From contig CAWGZR010000009.1 in the NCBI GenBank assembly GCA_963827165.1, positions 1 through 64,000 on the forward strand: 64,000 nucleotides of DNA, in the 5' to 3' direction. This DNA comes from Candidatus Bathyarchaeota archaeon. Lineage in GTDB: Archaea > Thermoproteota > Bathyarchaeia > Bathyarchaeales > Bathycorpusculaceae. The translations under genes and the position numbers were made by a program. Position 1 is the stretch's first letter, and the number at the start of each line of letters is the position of its first letter. This document shows positions 1 through 9,305 of this stretch, in pieces. Below the pieces are notes generated by a model. It did not search any database and was not told the origin of the DNA. It saw only the letters and a list, made by a program, of their open reading frames with translations.

Positions 1-26
1 TGCTGGACTAAATGGGCGGTTATCTT

Positions 27-440
27 TTAAGGCAATTCACAGATTTTTGTGTCTTTGTTGAAACGTTGAAGGTCTTTATCCTGTGAGTAAACAATGTCAG
101 CTTTTTGGTCAATCGCGGTGGCTACGATTAAGGCGTCGGGTAGCTTTCCACCCCTTTTAGCCCTAAGGCCGGCGGCCAAGTCAGCAATTTCAAAGGAGAC
201 TGGCACTATTTTTAAGCTGTTGAGGGTTAAGTCGTTAAGCAGCTTTTTTACCGTTAAGGTTTTAGCTGCATCTCCTGCTATATAGAAACCCGTTAGGACT
301 TCGGCTATGGTGACTGTTGAAATAATTCCTTCATTTTGAGCCTTCATGAACCTACCTAATATCTGTTCAACTTTGCTTGCTTGAGGCTCAAATCCTTCGA
401 GAAAGTAAATGAGGATATTTGTGTCCAGGGCGGCCTTCAT
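27..440 (-). CDS. vapC: PIN-domain (VapC-like) toxin ribonuclease
   Basis: LDTNILIY, TIAEVL, LPDALIVATA and YSQD acidic PIN motifs; ATG at 440 overlaps the antitoxin stop. Confidence 0.9.
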   Translation of the reverse strand: MKAALDTNILIYFLEGFEPQASKVEQILGRFMKAQNEGIISTVTIAEVLTGFYIAGDAAKTLTVKKLLNDLTLNSLKIVPVSFEIADLAAGLRAKRGGKLPDALIVATAIDQKADIVYSQDKDLQRFNKDTKICELP

Positions 441-670
441 GATGGGGATTTCCATTCTTCTCGCAGTTTTTTCTGGTATTGGATCGGGTCTCCGAAGACG
501 CCTTTTCCAAGTCCCTTAAGTTCGCATATAGGATTAAAAGGTTTCAAAAATAAGCCGTCTTCTGTCGCGTTAATTTCGAGTATGATTCCGCTCTCAATAT
601 TTAGTTTCTTACGAAATTTCTTGGGAATAACTACTTGACCGCGAACACCGACTTTTATTTTTTCTGACAT
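437..670 (-). CDS. AbrB/MazE/SpoVT-family antitoxin
   Basis: KVGVRGQVVIPKKFRKKLNI motif, directly upstream of the PIN gene. Confidence 0.9.
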   Translation of the reverse strand: MSEKIKVGVRGQVVIPKKFRKKLNIESGIILEINATEDGLFLKPFNPICELKGLGKGVFGDPIQYQKKLREEWKSPS

Positions 671-799
671 ATTATTTATCAGACAATTAATTGCGAATCA
701 GAGAAATAAAGTTTCTTACCAGCCGAACGGTTCAAAACTTTTCTCCGCAAGTAGAAAGGTACCCAAGGCAGTCTACAATCTACTCATGCGGCTGCCCAT

Positions 800-1459
800 T
801 CACGCCTTCGCGACAATTGCATTCCAATCAGAATTCGCCTCAGTGAATAGCTGGACATCTGTAAAACCAACAGACTGCATTAGGTTTTTGATTTCTTCAA
901 GCGGGAAAAGTTTTACGTGCGTTGCCGCAATCACCTTTTCAGGTGTGGCTCCATATTTTAGTTCATTTACCAGAAGCAGTTTTCCATTTGGCTTTAGCGT
1001 CCGTTTTATTTCTTTTAAGGCAAGAGGTAGGTCGGGCCAGAAATAGTAAGTTTCAAAAGCCGTCACTAAATCGAAGAAGTCATTCTTGAAACTGGTCTTT
1101 TCCACCGTTGCCTCGACTATTTCAGCACGGTTTTGTGCAATCATTTCTTTATTGATTCTTTTAGAAAATTCAACCATGTCAGGAGAATAGTCTAAGCCGA
1201 AGACTTTTCCTTTGGGTGCAAGCTGGGCTAATCGGTTAACTGTTATGCCGCCTCCACAACCCACATCCAAAATCATAAATTCAGAACCAATAGTGATCTT
1301 TGTCAGACCCCACAGAGTAAGCGTCTCATGATGCCGATTCATCCTTGCAGCTACTAACCTACCATCGGGACCTGTTGGACATCGATATTGATCGCCTAAG
1401 CCTACCATCTGAATCGTCATAAGTGCGATCCAACTTCCTAATAAATTCAGCCGAAACAA
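800..1459 (-). CDS. Class I SAM-dependent methyltransferase
   Basis: ILDVGCGGG, GLDYS, FDLVTAFE, LKPNGKL motifs; start uncertain. Confidence 0.9.
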   Translation of the reverse strand: MFRLNLLGSWIALMTIQMVGLGDQYRCPTGPDGRLVAARMNRHHETLTLWGLTKITIGSEFMILDVGCGGGITVNRLAQLAPKGKVFGLDYSPDMVEFSKRINKEMIAQNRAEIVEATVEKTSFKNDFFDLVTAFETYYFWPDLPLALKEIKRTLKPNGKLLLVNELKYGATPEKVIAATHVKLFPLEEIKNLMQSVGFTDVQLFTEANSDWNAIVAKA

Positions 1460-1574
1460 TGAAAAGAATTAGCCTTCAATGTGATTGCTATTGTGCACCA
1501 ACAAACCGCTATTAAGTATTTTGACTTTTCCAATTGTTCTGTGGCAATAGGTATTTTTTGGATGTGGTGAGAGA

Positions 1575-1943
1575 TTGTTTTCGGCGAGAAAATCAACCAT
1601 CTTGGTTATAGACGGCAATAGATCCATTCTTAGGGTTTTCCGTCGACTCCTCGAAAAAAATGGTTACCAAGTCGTTACTGCGGAAACGGGCAAAGAAGCT
1701 GTCGAAAAACTGCATTGCACTTGTTTTGATGCAGCATTAGTGGATTTGGAGCTTCCTGACATTGAAGGCGCGAACCTGCTTTTTGAAATAAAGAAGATGA
1801 CACCTGAAACTGTAAAAATCATATTTAGCGGCTTAAGAAATCTTGAGGACGATAATTGCAAGGAAGTTTTTCTTGAGAAACCGGTTCCGCCAACAAAGCT
1901 TCTCAAAGTGATAGATGCAAAGCTTCAAGAAACGAAACAATGA
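1575..1943 (+). CDS. Single-domain response regulator receiver
   Basis: ILVID, LVDLELPDIEG phospho-Asp and FLEKP; GGTGA SD upstream. Confidence 0.85.
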   Translation: MFSARKSTILVIDGNRSILRVFRRLLEKNGYQVVTAETGKEAVEKLHCTCFDAALVDLELPDIEGANLLFEIKKMTPETVKIIFSGLRNLEDDNCKEVFLEKPVPPTKLLKVIDAKLQETKQ

Positions 1944-2382
1944 ATTTTGGCAACGCCTCAATCTTAATCAAGATAATGAATGTCAAAAGGCTTGCTTTAT
2001 GGCTTAAAAATTCCGCAGATAACCTTGATGGAACGGGAACTCGAAGAGACTCTATGAAAGCAAAAACTGAAGGATCTGAGCTCTTGTTGTTTCAACTTGC
2101 GACAACATTATTTTATATTCTTTTAGACCGTAATCGGTTAACAAGAAGAAAGCTAATAGCCAGCGGTTGTTTGAGCGGGTTCGACTGCTGTACGCGGTAA
2201 AGTGCTGCCCCATCTCTTTTTTGCACGTTTACCAGTATAGCGCACGGCTAAATCCGTTTAACACTAATTTTCCCCCTCGGGAAAAAGAGAGGTCTCGCCG
2301 ACTATTTTTTAATTATTGATTTCCTCCCGCGCAACTTTCTTTGATTTTCAAGCCGTTCTCTGGGCACAATTCTTTCTTTTTA

Positions 2383-3648
2383 TTATGGCCTGTGAACGTA
2401 TTTATCCAGTAGTGATCGTTTGTTCACGATGTTGAGTTGCTTGAAGAGGAAATCAAACTTCACTTCGATTTCAGCCGCAATCGCATCTCGAGTTTCCTGT
2501 GGCAGTTTTATGATTTCTTTCTTAAATGGCCCTAACCCTTTTTTGCGTGTTTTGTAGATGAATTGATCCTCGGTTTCGCCTGCTTTGGCCTCGTTTGCAG
2601 CGTTGATTTTTAGCCAAGCGTAAATTTGCTTTTTCAGGTCGGCTGGGAAATGTTTTGATTCATAGATCATGTTTTGGAATTCAGTGGCTAAATGTACTTC
2701 TGCGGTTTCGCATTCAACGAATTTGTGGAACGCTTCAGGAGGCAAAGTCGATGCGCCATGTTGGACAGCTCCCGCAAGTCCGTATCGTTTGCGCGCAATC
2801 TCGGAAAGGGTCTTTAGTGTGTTGAAGTCAAGGTTTATTTGCTTCATTGATCCGTCGGGCAAAACGATTCCTCCGTGGGTCGTTCCTGTCTGAACTGAAA
2901 TCTTGCTGATGCCGACTAAGCCTTTAGGTAGTCTTTCTTTAAGGCCGTCCATAAAGACATGCAGGTCTTCAGGAGTCGAATTCTGATGGCCTATCTCACC
3001 AATTTCGCCGCCTACCGAAATCGTGGTTCCTTTCGGTTCATGTTGACGGACAAACGAAGCGAGTTTTGCGCAAACATCATAGTTCAGAAGCTGCTGCTCC
3101 TTGTAAGTTGGTTTGGATAAGTCAACAAGGGTCGAGGAGTCTATGTCGATGTTGTAGAATCCCGAGTTTATGGAATCTGAAATCAAGGTTTGCAAGCTTT
3201 CAATTTCTTTTTGTGGGTTTTCTTTGTATTTGACGGCGTTGGCTTGATAGTGGTCCCCTTGGATGAAGACCGGACCCGAATATCCTTCTTTTATTGCAGC
3301 TGCTAACACCATACTTGCGAATTCTATGGGCGGCTGATTTGTGTAGCCGATTTCAGAGCGGGCAATCTCGAAAACGAAGGCGCCAGAATCATTTTTCTTT
3401 GCAACTCTGAAGATCGCGCGGGCCAAATCATAGGTCATGCTGCGCAGGTTTATTGCGGGAACTGTGAAGCCGCTGAATTCGCCCCTGCCCCGGGCCATGT
3501 AGAATTCCTGAATGCTTGCGGGATAAATCCCCTTTGTGGAAGCAACATTAAGGATTTTCTGGGCTAACGGCTTCTTTTTTGATATGTCGTCTTCCAAAAT
3601 TATTTCTGTTACGGTTTTCTCAACGTTAAATGGTTCAGCTTTGATAAT
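2383..3648 (-). CDS. Class II fructose-bisphosphate aldolase family protein
   Basis: VPAIN, QGDH, GGEIGEIG, GTTHG, VQHGAS and EVHLAT motifs; frame is open upstream of TTG 3597 to an SD-preceded ATT at 3648. Confidence 0.85.
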   Translation of the reverse strand: MIKAEPFNVEKTVTEIILEDDISKKKPLAQKILNVASTKGIYPASIQEFYMARGRGEFSGFTVPAINLRSMTYDLARAIFRVAKKNDSGAFVFEIARSEIGYTNQPPIEFASMVLAAAIKEGYSGPVFIQGDHYQANAVKYKENPQKEIESLQTLISDSINSGFYNIDIDSSTLVDLSKPTYKEQQLLNYDVCAKLASFVRQHEPKGTTISVGGEIGEIGHQNSTPEDLHVFMDGLKERLPKGLVGISKISVQTGTTHGGIVLPDGSMKQINLDFNTLKTLSEIARKRYGLAGAVQHGASTLPPEAFHKFVECETAEVHLATEFQNMIYESKHFPADLKKQIYAWLKINAANEAKAGETEDQFIYKTRKKGLGPFKKEIIKLPQETRDAIAAEIEVKFDFLFKQLNIVNKRSLLDKYVHRP

Positions 3649-3808
3649 TTCACGTCCTCAAATCGATGCCTAACTTATGAGCGTCATTTCTCTTATTTTA
3701 GTTTTAAGCATTGCGGAACGCTAACTTGCTGGAGCTCTAAACGAGCGACAACAAAACGAACACCAACATTTTAATTTCTGCACCGCCACGCTTTATTGGG
3801 GTACTAAC

Positions 3809-4339
3809 ATGTCATTCACGTCTTTTCATCTTAGACGCAAAGACCGAGAAATAACCGATCCAGAAGAAATGCGGCAAGTCCTCAAAACAACCCAGTATGT
3901 CACCGTCGCCCTCTGCATGGAAAACGAACCATACCTTGTCTCGTTGAGTCACGGTTATGACCAAACAAAAAACTGTCTTTATTTTCACTGTGCATCCGAA
4001 GGCAAAAAACTCGTCTTTTTGAAGGCTAACAGCAGGATTTGGGGTCAAGCCGTGCTGGATTTCGGAGTCACCGACGAATGCGACTACGTCTACAGTTCAG
4101 TTCACTTCTGCGGCAAAATGACGCTTCTCACCGATCTAAGCGAGAAGCAGCATGGGATTGAGGTGTTGGTGCGGCAGCTTTCCCTTGACCCTGAAAAAAA
4201 AATGGCAAACATCAAACCCGAAAAACTTGCAAATACAACAATCGGCAGAATAGACATTGAATCTATGACAGGCAAAAAAGGCTCCCCGAACAAGGAAAGG
4301 TTGCTGGACCTGAAAAACTCCGTTTTTCGAAGAACCTAG
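3809..4339 (+). CDS. Pyridoxamine 5'-phosphate oxidase-like (NimA-type) flavin-binding protein
   Basis: RRKDREI, PYLVSL, LYFHCASEGKK, YSSV and MTGK motifs. Confidence 0.85.
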   Translation: MSFTSFHLRRKDREITDPEEMRQVLKTTQYVTVALCMENEPYLVSLSHGYDQTKNCLYFHCASEGKKLVFLKANSRIWGQAVLDFGVTDECDYVYSSVHFCGKMTLLTDLSEKQHGIEVLVRQLSLDPEKKMANIKPEKLANTTIGRIDIESMTGKKGSPNKERLLDLKNSVFRRT

Positions 4340-4362
4340 ACTCAGAAAGGTCAGGTGCCGTC

Positions 4363-6264
4363 CTAAGATAGGTTAACTTGGAAGATCTCGAGGTTTTGGT
4401 TGGTATAGACGGGTTTTAGCCAACTGATGGCGTCAAACCGCTGCACGCATCCGGGGTAATGGGACAATTCGTCGTTGCCAACGTAAACGTATGAGACGTT
4501 GTACTCTTTGATTACAGATTCAAGTTGAGTTGCGTTGCCCGTGTAAGCTGAGTCAATTTGGTCATCCCTTTGGTAAACCTGGCTTAGCGGGATTCCATGT
4601 CCATAGGGCCAATACACGTAAGAGTCGATTCTTAGCCTGCCGCCGATCATGGTGACTGGGCACTGGATCGAATAGTAAGTGAGGAAAACCGAGTTCTGAG
4701 GAGTATTGTTTCTAACCCAAAGTCCCAGTTGATATTCACTCCAAGTTGCGCCGTTGTAGTTTGTTCCGACGTTGTAGATAATGACGCTTGCGCAAGTGAT
4801 GACAGAGAGCAACACCAAGGTTACAATCACGATTTTTCTTGTTTTAGCCAGCATTATGCCGGCTAACACGGCTATGGGAATCCATGCGAAAATGAAGAAT
4901 TTGTACATGTCCCATGCCCAAGGCGTGAACAAAAAGATGTTAGGAATCAAGAACAAGAGAAGGAAAGTGATTTTGAGGTGCTCATGCCCAGGTTTTACGA
5001 AAGAAAAGATGGCTAGTATGAATGGGATGCCAAGGTTCAAAAAGTAATAGATTAAGGGGTTTTTCACGAACTCTGAAAGGAAAGCTGTACTTAAGGAAAA
5101 CGAAAACGATTGGCCGCCGCCAAAAATGAATGGCAACGCGAAAACGGTTGGCAGAATGAAGTACAAGTAACTGAATTTTAATTTTTTAATGTTTAAGACA
5201 AGGCATGCGGCGAACGCAACGTAACAGCAGAAGAACGCGACACTGTGGAACTCGTAAACTAACCCGGTTATCAAACCCGCTAGGACCAAACGCCTGTTGT
5301 CATCTACTTTCTGAAGCAAAGCCAAAACCAGCGCAAACGCAGGCAAACCAACAAGCAATGGCCTCTGCTGGAGCAAATTATCGAAAATCGACGGCAAACC
5401 AAACTGTTGACCGAACTGGTAGCCATAGTTGGTGCCGACGTTGAATGTGCCATTGAAGAGGGCAGATATCAAGCCGAAGTAGCTTAATCCCCAACCGAAA
5501 ACGGCTAAAACTGTAGCTATCACCGCTGCGCGTCTTCCGTAAGGTCGCGCCAGAGCGTAAATGGCCAAGCCGAACACAAGAATGAAGAGAGCGTTCAAAA
5601 CGGGCAGAAGTGTTGGCAAATAGCCAAAAACGTGCTCTATGATTGCTGTGTGGAAATCGACAAAGTAATAGTAGCCCAGTGGGGTGCCGGAGTAGTTGGG
5701 TGTTTGCGGGGGGAAATTGCCTTGGTTTAGGCTTTCGATGATGTCATAATGGAAGGGTGTGTCTTGCCAGTTTGAGCCGGTGAGCACGATGCCATATTGA
5801 TTGGTGGACCAAACGCTCTTGACCAAAACCGCTAGGGCAATGAGGAAAATTACCGTAAATAACAGAATGCTTGTCTTCTTAATTTGCTTCAGCTTCAGAA
5901 ATTTGGGTGGCTTTAAGGGTTCATCCTTCCAGTAAACTACTGCCGTGTAGATGGCTGTCAGCGCCAAAAAGCTGATAAGGATTGTATCTCGGGAGTAGCC
6001 CACCGCCAAGGATAAGTAGTAAATGAACTCGACCGAGACTAAGACGCTGAAAAGCGGAACGAAAGCCCAAATTTCATGGGTCTTCAGCCTGAAGAATCGG
6101 TAGCCGATCAACCCTGGAACCAGAAAGGTGAAGACAAACGCGGCAAAAAGCGCAATGTAGATGGAGGGAAACGACGCCAAGGCGAGGATCAGCAGCAGGA
6201 TGCTAATCCAGTACTTTTGCAGAACCGACGAAGCATCAGTATTTCCCTTTACGCTCTCACCCAT
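4363..6264 (-). CDS. Polytopic membrane protein, GT-C-like glycosyltransferase
   Basis: About 13-15 TM segments, WQDTPFH and YYYFVDF lumenal motifs, C-terminal YVYVG..E domain; likely start ATG 6264. Confidence 0.6.
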   Translation of the reverse strand: MGESVKGNTDASSVLQKYWISILLLILALASFPSIYIALFAAFVFTFLVPGLIGYRFFRLKTHEIWAFVPLFSVLVSVEFIYYLSLAVGYSRDTILISFLALTAIYTAVVYWKDEPLKPPKFLKLKQIKKTSILLFTVIFLIALAVLVKSVWSTNQYGIVLTGSNWQDTPFHYDIIESLNQGNFPPQTPNYSGTPLGYYYFVDFHTAIIEHVFGYLPTLLPVLNALFILVFGLAIYALARPYGRRAAVIATVLAVFGWGLSYFGLISALFNGTFNVGTNYGYQFGQQFGLPSIFDNLLQQRPLLVGLPAFALVLALLQKVDDNRRLVLAGLITGLVYEFHSVAFFCCYVAFAACLVLNIKKLKFSYLYFILPTVFALPFIFGGGQSFSFSLSTAFLSEFVKNPLIYYFLNLGIPFILAIFSFVKPGHEHLKITFLLLFLIPNIFLFTPWAWDMYKFFIFAWIPIAVLAGIMLAKTRKIVIVTLVLLSVITCASVIIYNVGTNYNGATWSEYQLGLWVRNNTPQNSVFLTYYSIQCPVTMIGGRLRIDSYVYWPYGHGIPLSQVYQRDDQIDSAYTGNATQLESVIKEYNVSYVYVGNDELSHYPGCVQRFDAISWLKPVYTNQNLEIFQVNLS

Positions 6265-6424
6265 CCTCAACACACAATCAAGCCTTAGCAACGTATTAAA
6301 ATTACGCATAAAGCGCCTTTTCAGCATCGAAGAACCGCCAAGAAATCGATTTCTAACAAACCTTCAGCGGCATCGGCGGGAAAAGTTAATTAGCTAAAGA
6401 TATTAGTATTCTTGCGGCGCTTGT

Positions 6425-6531
6425 GCCCAGGTAGTATAGTTCGGTCTCGACATGAATTCTTTCATGTTGCCGAAGCAGTATATGCGGCTGTCGCCCGCAG
6501 GACCCGGGTCCAAATCCCGGCCTGGGCGCCA
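6425..6531 (+). tRNA. tRNA-Asp(GTC) with a 29-nt intron in the D-loop (6447-6475)
   Basis: Acceptor GCCCAGG/CCTGGGC, G73 and encoded CCA; anticodon arm TGCGG-CTGTCGC-CCGCA; BHB motif TCGG/CCGA with TCT and AGC bulges. Confidence 0.93.
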
Positions 6532-6575
6532 AAACCTCTCTATTTCACCCATTTTGCGAAATAAGGCTGTAATTG
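6519..6575 (+). repeat. attL-like site: tRNA-Asp 3' core plus downstream arm
   Basis: ggcctgggcgccaaaacctctctatttcacccattttgcgaaataagg recurs degenerately at 25485-25542. Confidence 0.75.
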
Positions 6576-6638
6576 AGTTTTTTTTTCAATCTTATTCTCA
6601 GAGACTAAAGCAGAAAGCTTAACAAAGATAATATTTAC

Positions 6639-6698
6639 AACGCACTATTTCGTGTCTTTTTACACTAATTTGGGGCTGGGATCCCCCTCCCGGCGCCA
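6639..6698 (+). repeat. Hairpin plus tRNA-3'-end-like site (GCTGGGATCCCCC family)
   Basis: aacgcactattt...gctgggatccccctcccggcgcca; similar copy at 11041-11093. Confidence 0.65.
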
Positions 6699-6875
6699 AT
6701 TTACCGGTTAGGGTTGTTTTTGAGCTTATTTTGTCTAAAATGGACATAGTAGAAGTTCATTCAAATTAGTTATTTGCTACATTTGAAATCTTGCAAAAGC
6801 AGTAGTGCGCTCAGTTCATCGATAATTAGAGATATCCGCGGTAATTTGTATGTAAGTCACTTAACCGAGGTTTTT

Positions 6876-7030
6876 TCAGAATTCACTTAGCATCTCTTTA
6901 AGTAGCCGACCTTCATCTTTGCGTTTGTGTGCCACAAAGGTTGATTTGACTAAACCAAACTTTTGTGCGAGTTTCTCAGAGCTTATTCTACTTGGCTTAT
7001 CATAGTATCCGAACTTGTAGCCGCGACTTG
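6876..7030 (-). pseudogene. C-terminal fragment of a Bat/HTH_10-type regulator
   Basis: GYYDKPSRISSEKLAQKFGLVKSTFVAHKRK motif with no N-terminal domain. Confidence 0.7.
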
Positions 7031-7054
7031 GACTTTCCCGAGGCGCTGAAAATC

Positions 7055-7399
7055 TCACGGTTGATTTTCAGGCAAGTATTTTGTGGTTAGGCGACGCATC
7101 GTTTGCAGGTGTGTGTGGATGGCGGTTTTGCCTTTGTCGGTGATCTGCACAAACGTGCGTGGGCCGCCTGTGGCTTTGAAGCCGAAGCGTTCTTTCACGT
7201 AGCCTTCGTCGGCGAGGATTTTGATGCTTTTGTTCAGCGAGCTTTTGCTGACGTTGACGGCAAGCAGCAGGTCGGTGAAGGTAATGCGTTCCACTCCAAG
7301 TAGCGCAAGCATGATGCCTACCCGCACGGAGCTCGAAAGTGCGCCTGCTGAAGTGAACTGCGAGAGGGCTTGGTCGTGGTCGCTGGGCGGGTTACTCAT
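7055..7399 (-). CDS. Winged-HTH transcriptional regulator (MarR/HTH_34-like)
   Basis: RVGIMLAL..TFTDL..SKSSLNKSIKILADEGYV..PRTFVQITDKG. Confidence 0.85.
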   Translation of the reverse strand: MSNPPSDHDQALSQFTSAGALSSSVRVGIMLALLGVERITFTDLLLAVNVSKSSLNKSIKILADEGYVKERFGFKATGGPRTFVQITDKGKTAIHTHLQTMRRLTTKYLPENQP

Positions 7400-8054
7400 T
7401 GCTTCGTACTAGCTCCTGGGGCGCTTCATACATTGATTTGATGCCAGCGGCTATTAGAACAGGAGTTGCGAAGGCAAAAGTGATACTTGGTACACCGGGG
7501 AGCGACGCGAGTATGAGAATAACCATAGCCAAAGGCGAGGCAAGCCAATCTTCGATGTGGCTCTGCAGGATAGCATCTTTTGAGGCCCGTGAAGTGACAA
7601 AGATGTGGTAGAAGACCCATACGGCGACCCAGCAGAAAATTGTTGTAGCTGCTAAGTAGTTAAGACCGTAAATGTTTAGTAACGTGAAAACTGCGAAGGG
7701 CAAAACAAAAATAAGTAGCCCTCTGAGCATGTGGAGAATGCCTCTTTTCTTATTTTCCAATTTACCGTTGTATAAGTCGATAACGCGGGTCATGTGGTAA
7801 AAGCCTTTCATTCCAGCCGCTCGGGCAACCATCCAAACTATAATCAAGCAGACCACTATGCCAGTTAACGTCAGGTAGCCTGGTGTGTGTAAGGCAGTCA
7901 TTATGCTTGCAAGCAGCGGCGGCAGGGAGACTAAGGTGTAGAATACGCCTATGCCTCGCCTAGCCCTGAAACGAAATGCGGCGAGGGCAATCTGTTTTGG
8001 GTCTCGCCCTTCAGGCTCCAAATCGTTCTCTTGCGTAATAGTGTCCACTTCCAT
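7392..8054 (-). CDS. Hypothetical membrane protein, translationally coupled to the regulator
   Basis: About 6 hydrophobic segments; overlaps the regulator start. Confidence 0.65.
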   Translation of the reverse strand: MEVDTITQENDLEPEGRDPKQIALAAFRFRARRGIGVFYTLVSLPPLLASIMTALHTPGYLTLTGIVVCLIIVWMVARAAGMKGFYHMTRVIDLYNGKLENKKRGILHMLRGLLIFVLPFAVFTLLNIYGLNYLAATTIFCWVAVWVFYHIFVTSRASKDAILQSHIEDWLASPLAMVILILASLPGVPSITFAFATPVLIAAGIKSMYEAPQELVRSNE

Positions 8055-8100
8055 ACTGGCAGATATTATCTTAACTCGTTTGTTTTTAAGATTAATGCTA

Positions 8101-8132
8101 GTTCACAAAGTGAACAGGTTCATAAAATGAAC
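8101..8132. promoter_or_regulatory. Tandem palindromic operator GTTCAY-AAA-RTGAAC x2
   Basis: gttcacaaagtgaac and gttcataaaatgaac between the divergent regulator and ABC operons. Confidence 0.7.
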
Positions 8133-8340
8133 AAGTGTCCAGCTATTAATCAAACTTTTCCATTTTTGTTTTCGGGATAAAAATGACCCAAACAAAACAT
8201 TCACAGAAAATACAAGCAAAAACTCGTGGGCACATGGGAGCCACCTCAACCGCTCCAGACGCCCTCACCACGAGATCAACAAAAAGGAACGGCGCGGAAA
8301 AAACCCATATGGGCGCGTCATGCAACAGGAGGCGAACGAC

Positions 8341-9303
8341 TTGAACCCAATTGAAGTTACCCGTCTTGAGAAGCGTTACGGCGACCTAAAAGCCGTTGAC
8401 GGCATCTCTTTCACGGTTAAGCAGGGCGAAGTCTTCGGTTTGCTAGGGCCAAACGGCGCAGGTAAATCGACCACCATAGAAATCCTTGAGGGTCTGCGGG
8501 AGCGAAGCGGCGGAGACGCCAAAGTTCTCGGTTTAGACCCGTGGAAGAACGGCTACGAACTGCACAAGAGAATAGGCGTTATCCCACAAGAGTTCAGTTT
8601 CATTGAGAAAGCAACACCTCGGGAAGCCATAGTCTACTACGCTGACCTATTCGACGTCAAAGTTGACTCCGACAGCATACTGCGCGACGTGCTACTTGAG
8701 GACAAAGCAGGCGTAAACTTTGAAAGTCTCTCAGGTGGACAAAAACAGAAAACAGGCCTTGCATTGGCGTTGGTAAACCAGCCAGAACTACTCTTCTTAG
8801 ACGAGCCAACAACAGGGCTTGACCCCAACGCAAGAAGAGCCATCTGGGACGTCATCCGCGGTTTGAAAGCCACAGGCAAAACAATCATCCTAACCACCCA
8901 CTACCTTGACGAAGCACAACAACTCAGCGACAGAGTAGCTATCATGAACCATGGCAAAATCGTCGCCATAGGCACAACAGAAGAAATCATAGCAGCGCAC
9001 GGTACAGGCGAACGCCTGCAAATTCACGGAAGCCAAACCTTAGCCAACTACATCAAAGCCAACACTGAACTCCAAGTTGACTACGACACAGTCAAACAGG
9101 AAATTCTTGTACCCCTAAAAAAGAAAATCGACGCGTTAGCCGCCCTAGCCGCTGCGGAGCAATCAGGCTTGGACTGGGGAGCAATCCAAACCCGCCAAGA
9201 CAGTCTCGAAGACGTTTTCGTGAAACTTGTCAGCGGAGCAGTCAACGAGCAAGGCGAAGTAACTCAAGAAATCCAAGTTAAAACCAACCACAGGAGACCC
9301 TAA
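8341..9303 (+). CDS. ABC-2 type exporter ATP-binding subunit
   Basis: GPNGAGKST, LSGGQ, FLDEPTTGLD, TTHY; TTG 8341 follows GGAGG. Confidence 0.93.
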   Translation: MNPIEVTRLEKRYGDLKAVDGISFTVKQGEVFGLLGPNGAGKSTTIEILEGLRERSGGDAKVLGLDPWKNGYELHKRIGVIPQEFSFIEKATPREAIVYYADLFDVKVDSDSILRDVLLEDKAGVNFESLSGGQKQKTGLALALVNQPELLFLDEPTTGLDPNARRAIWDVIRGLKATGKTIILTTHYLDEAQQLSDRVAIMNHGKIVAIGTTEEIIAAHGTGERLQIHGSQTLANYIKANTELQVDYDTVKQEILVPLKKKIDALAALAAAEQSGLDWGAIQTRQDSLEDVFVKLVSGAVNEQGEVTQEIQVKTNHRRP

Positions 9304-9305
9304 AC

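Noticed and set aside
1940-2340. ORF 1940-2200 and weak tRNA-tail-like words near 2260-2335
   Set aside because: No protein motifs and no convincing acceptor plus CCA or arm homology.
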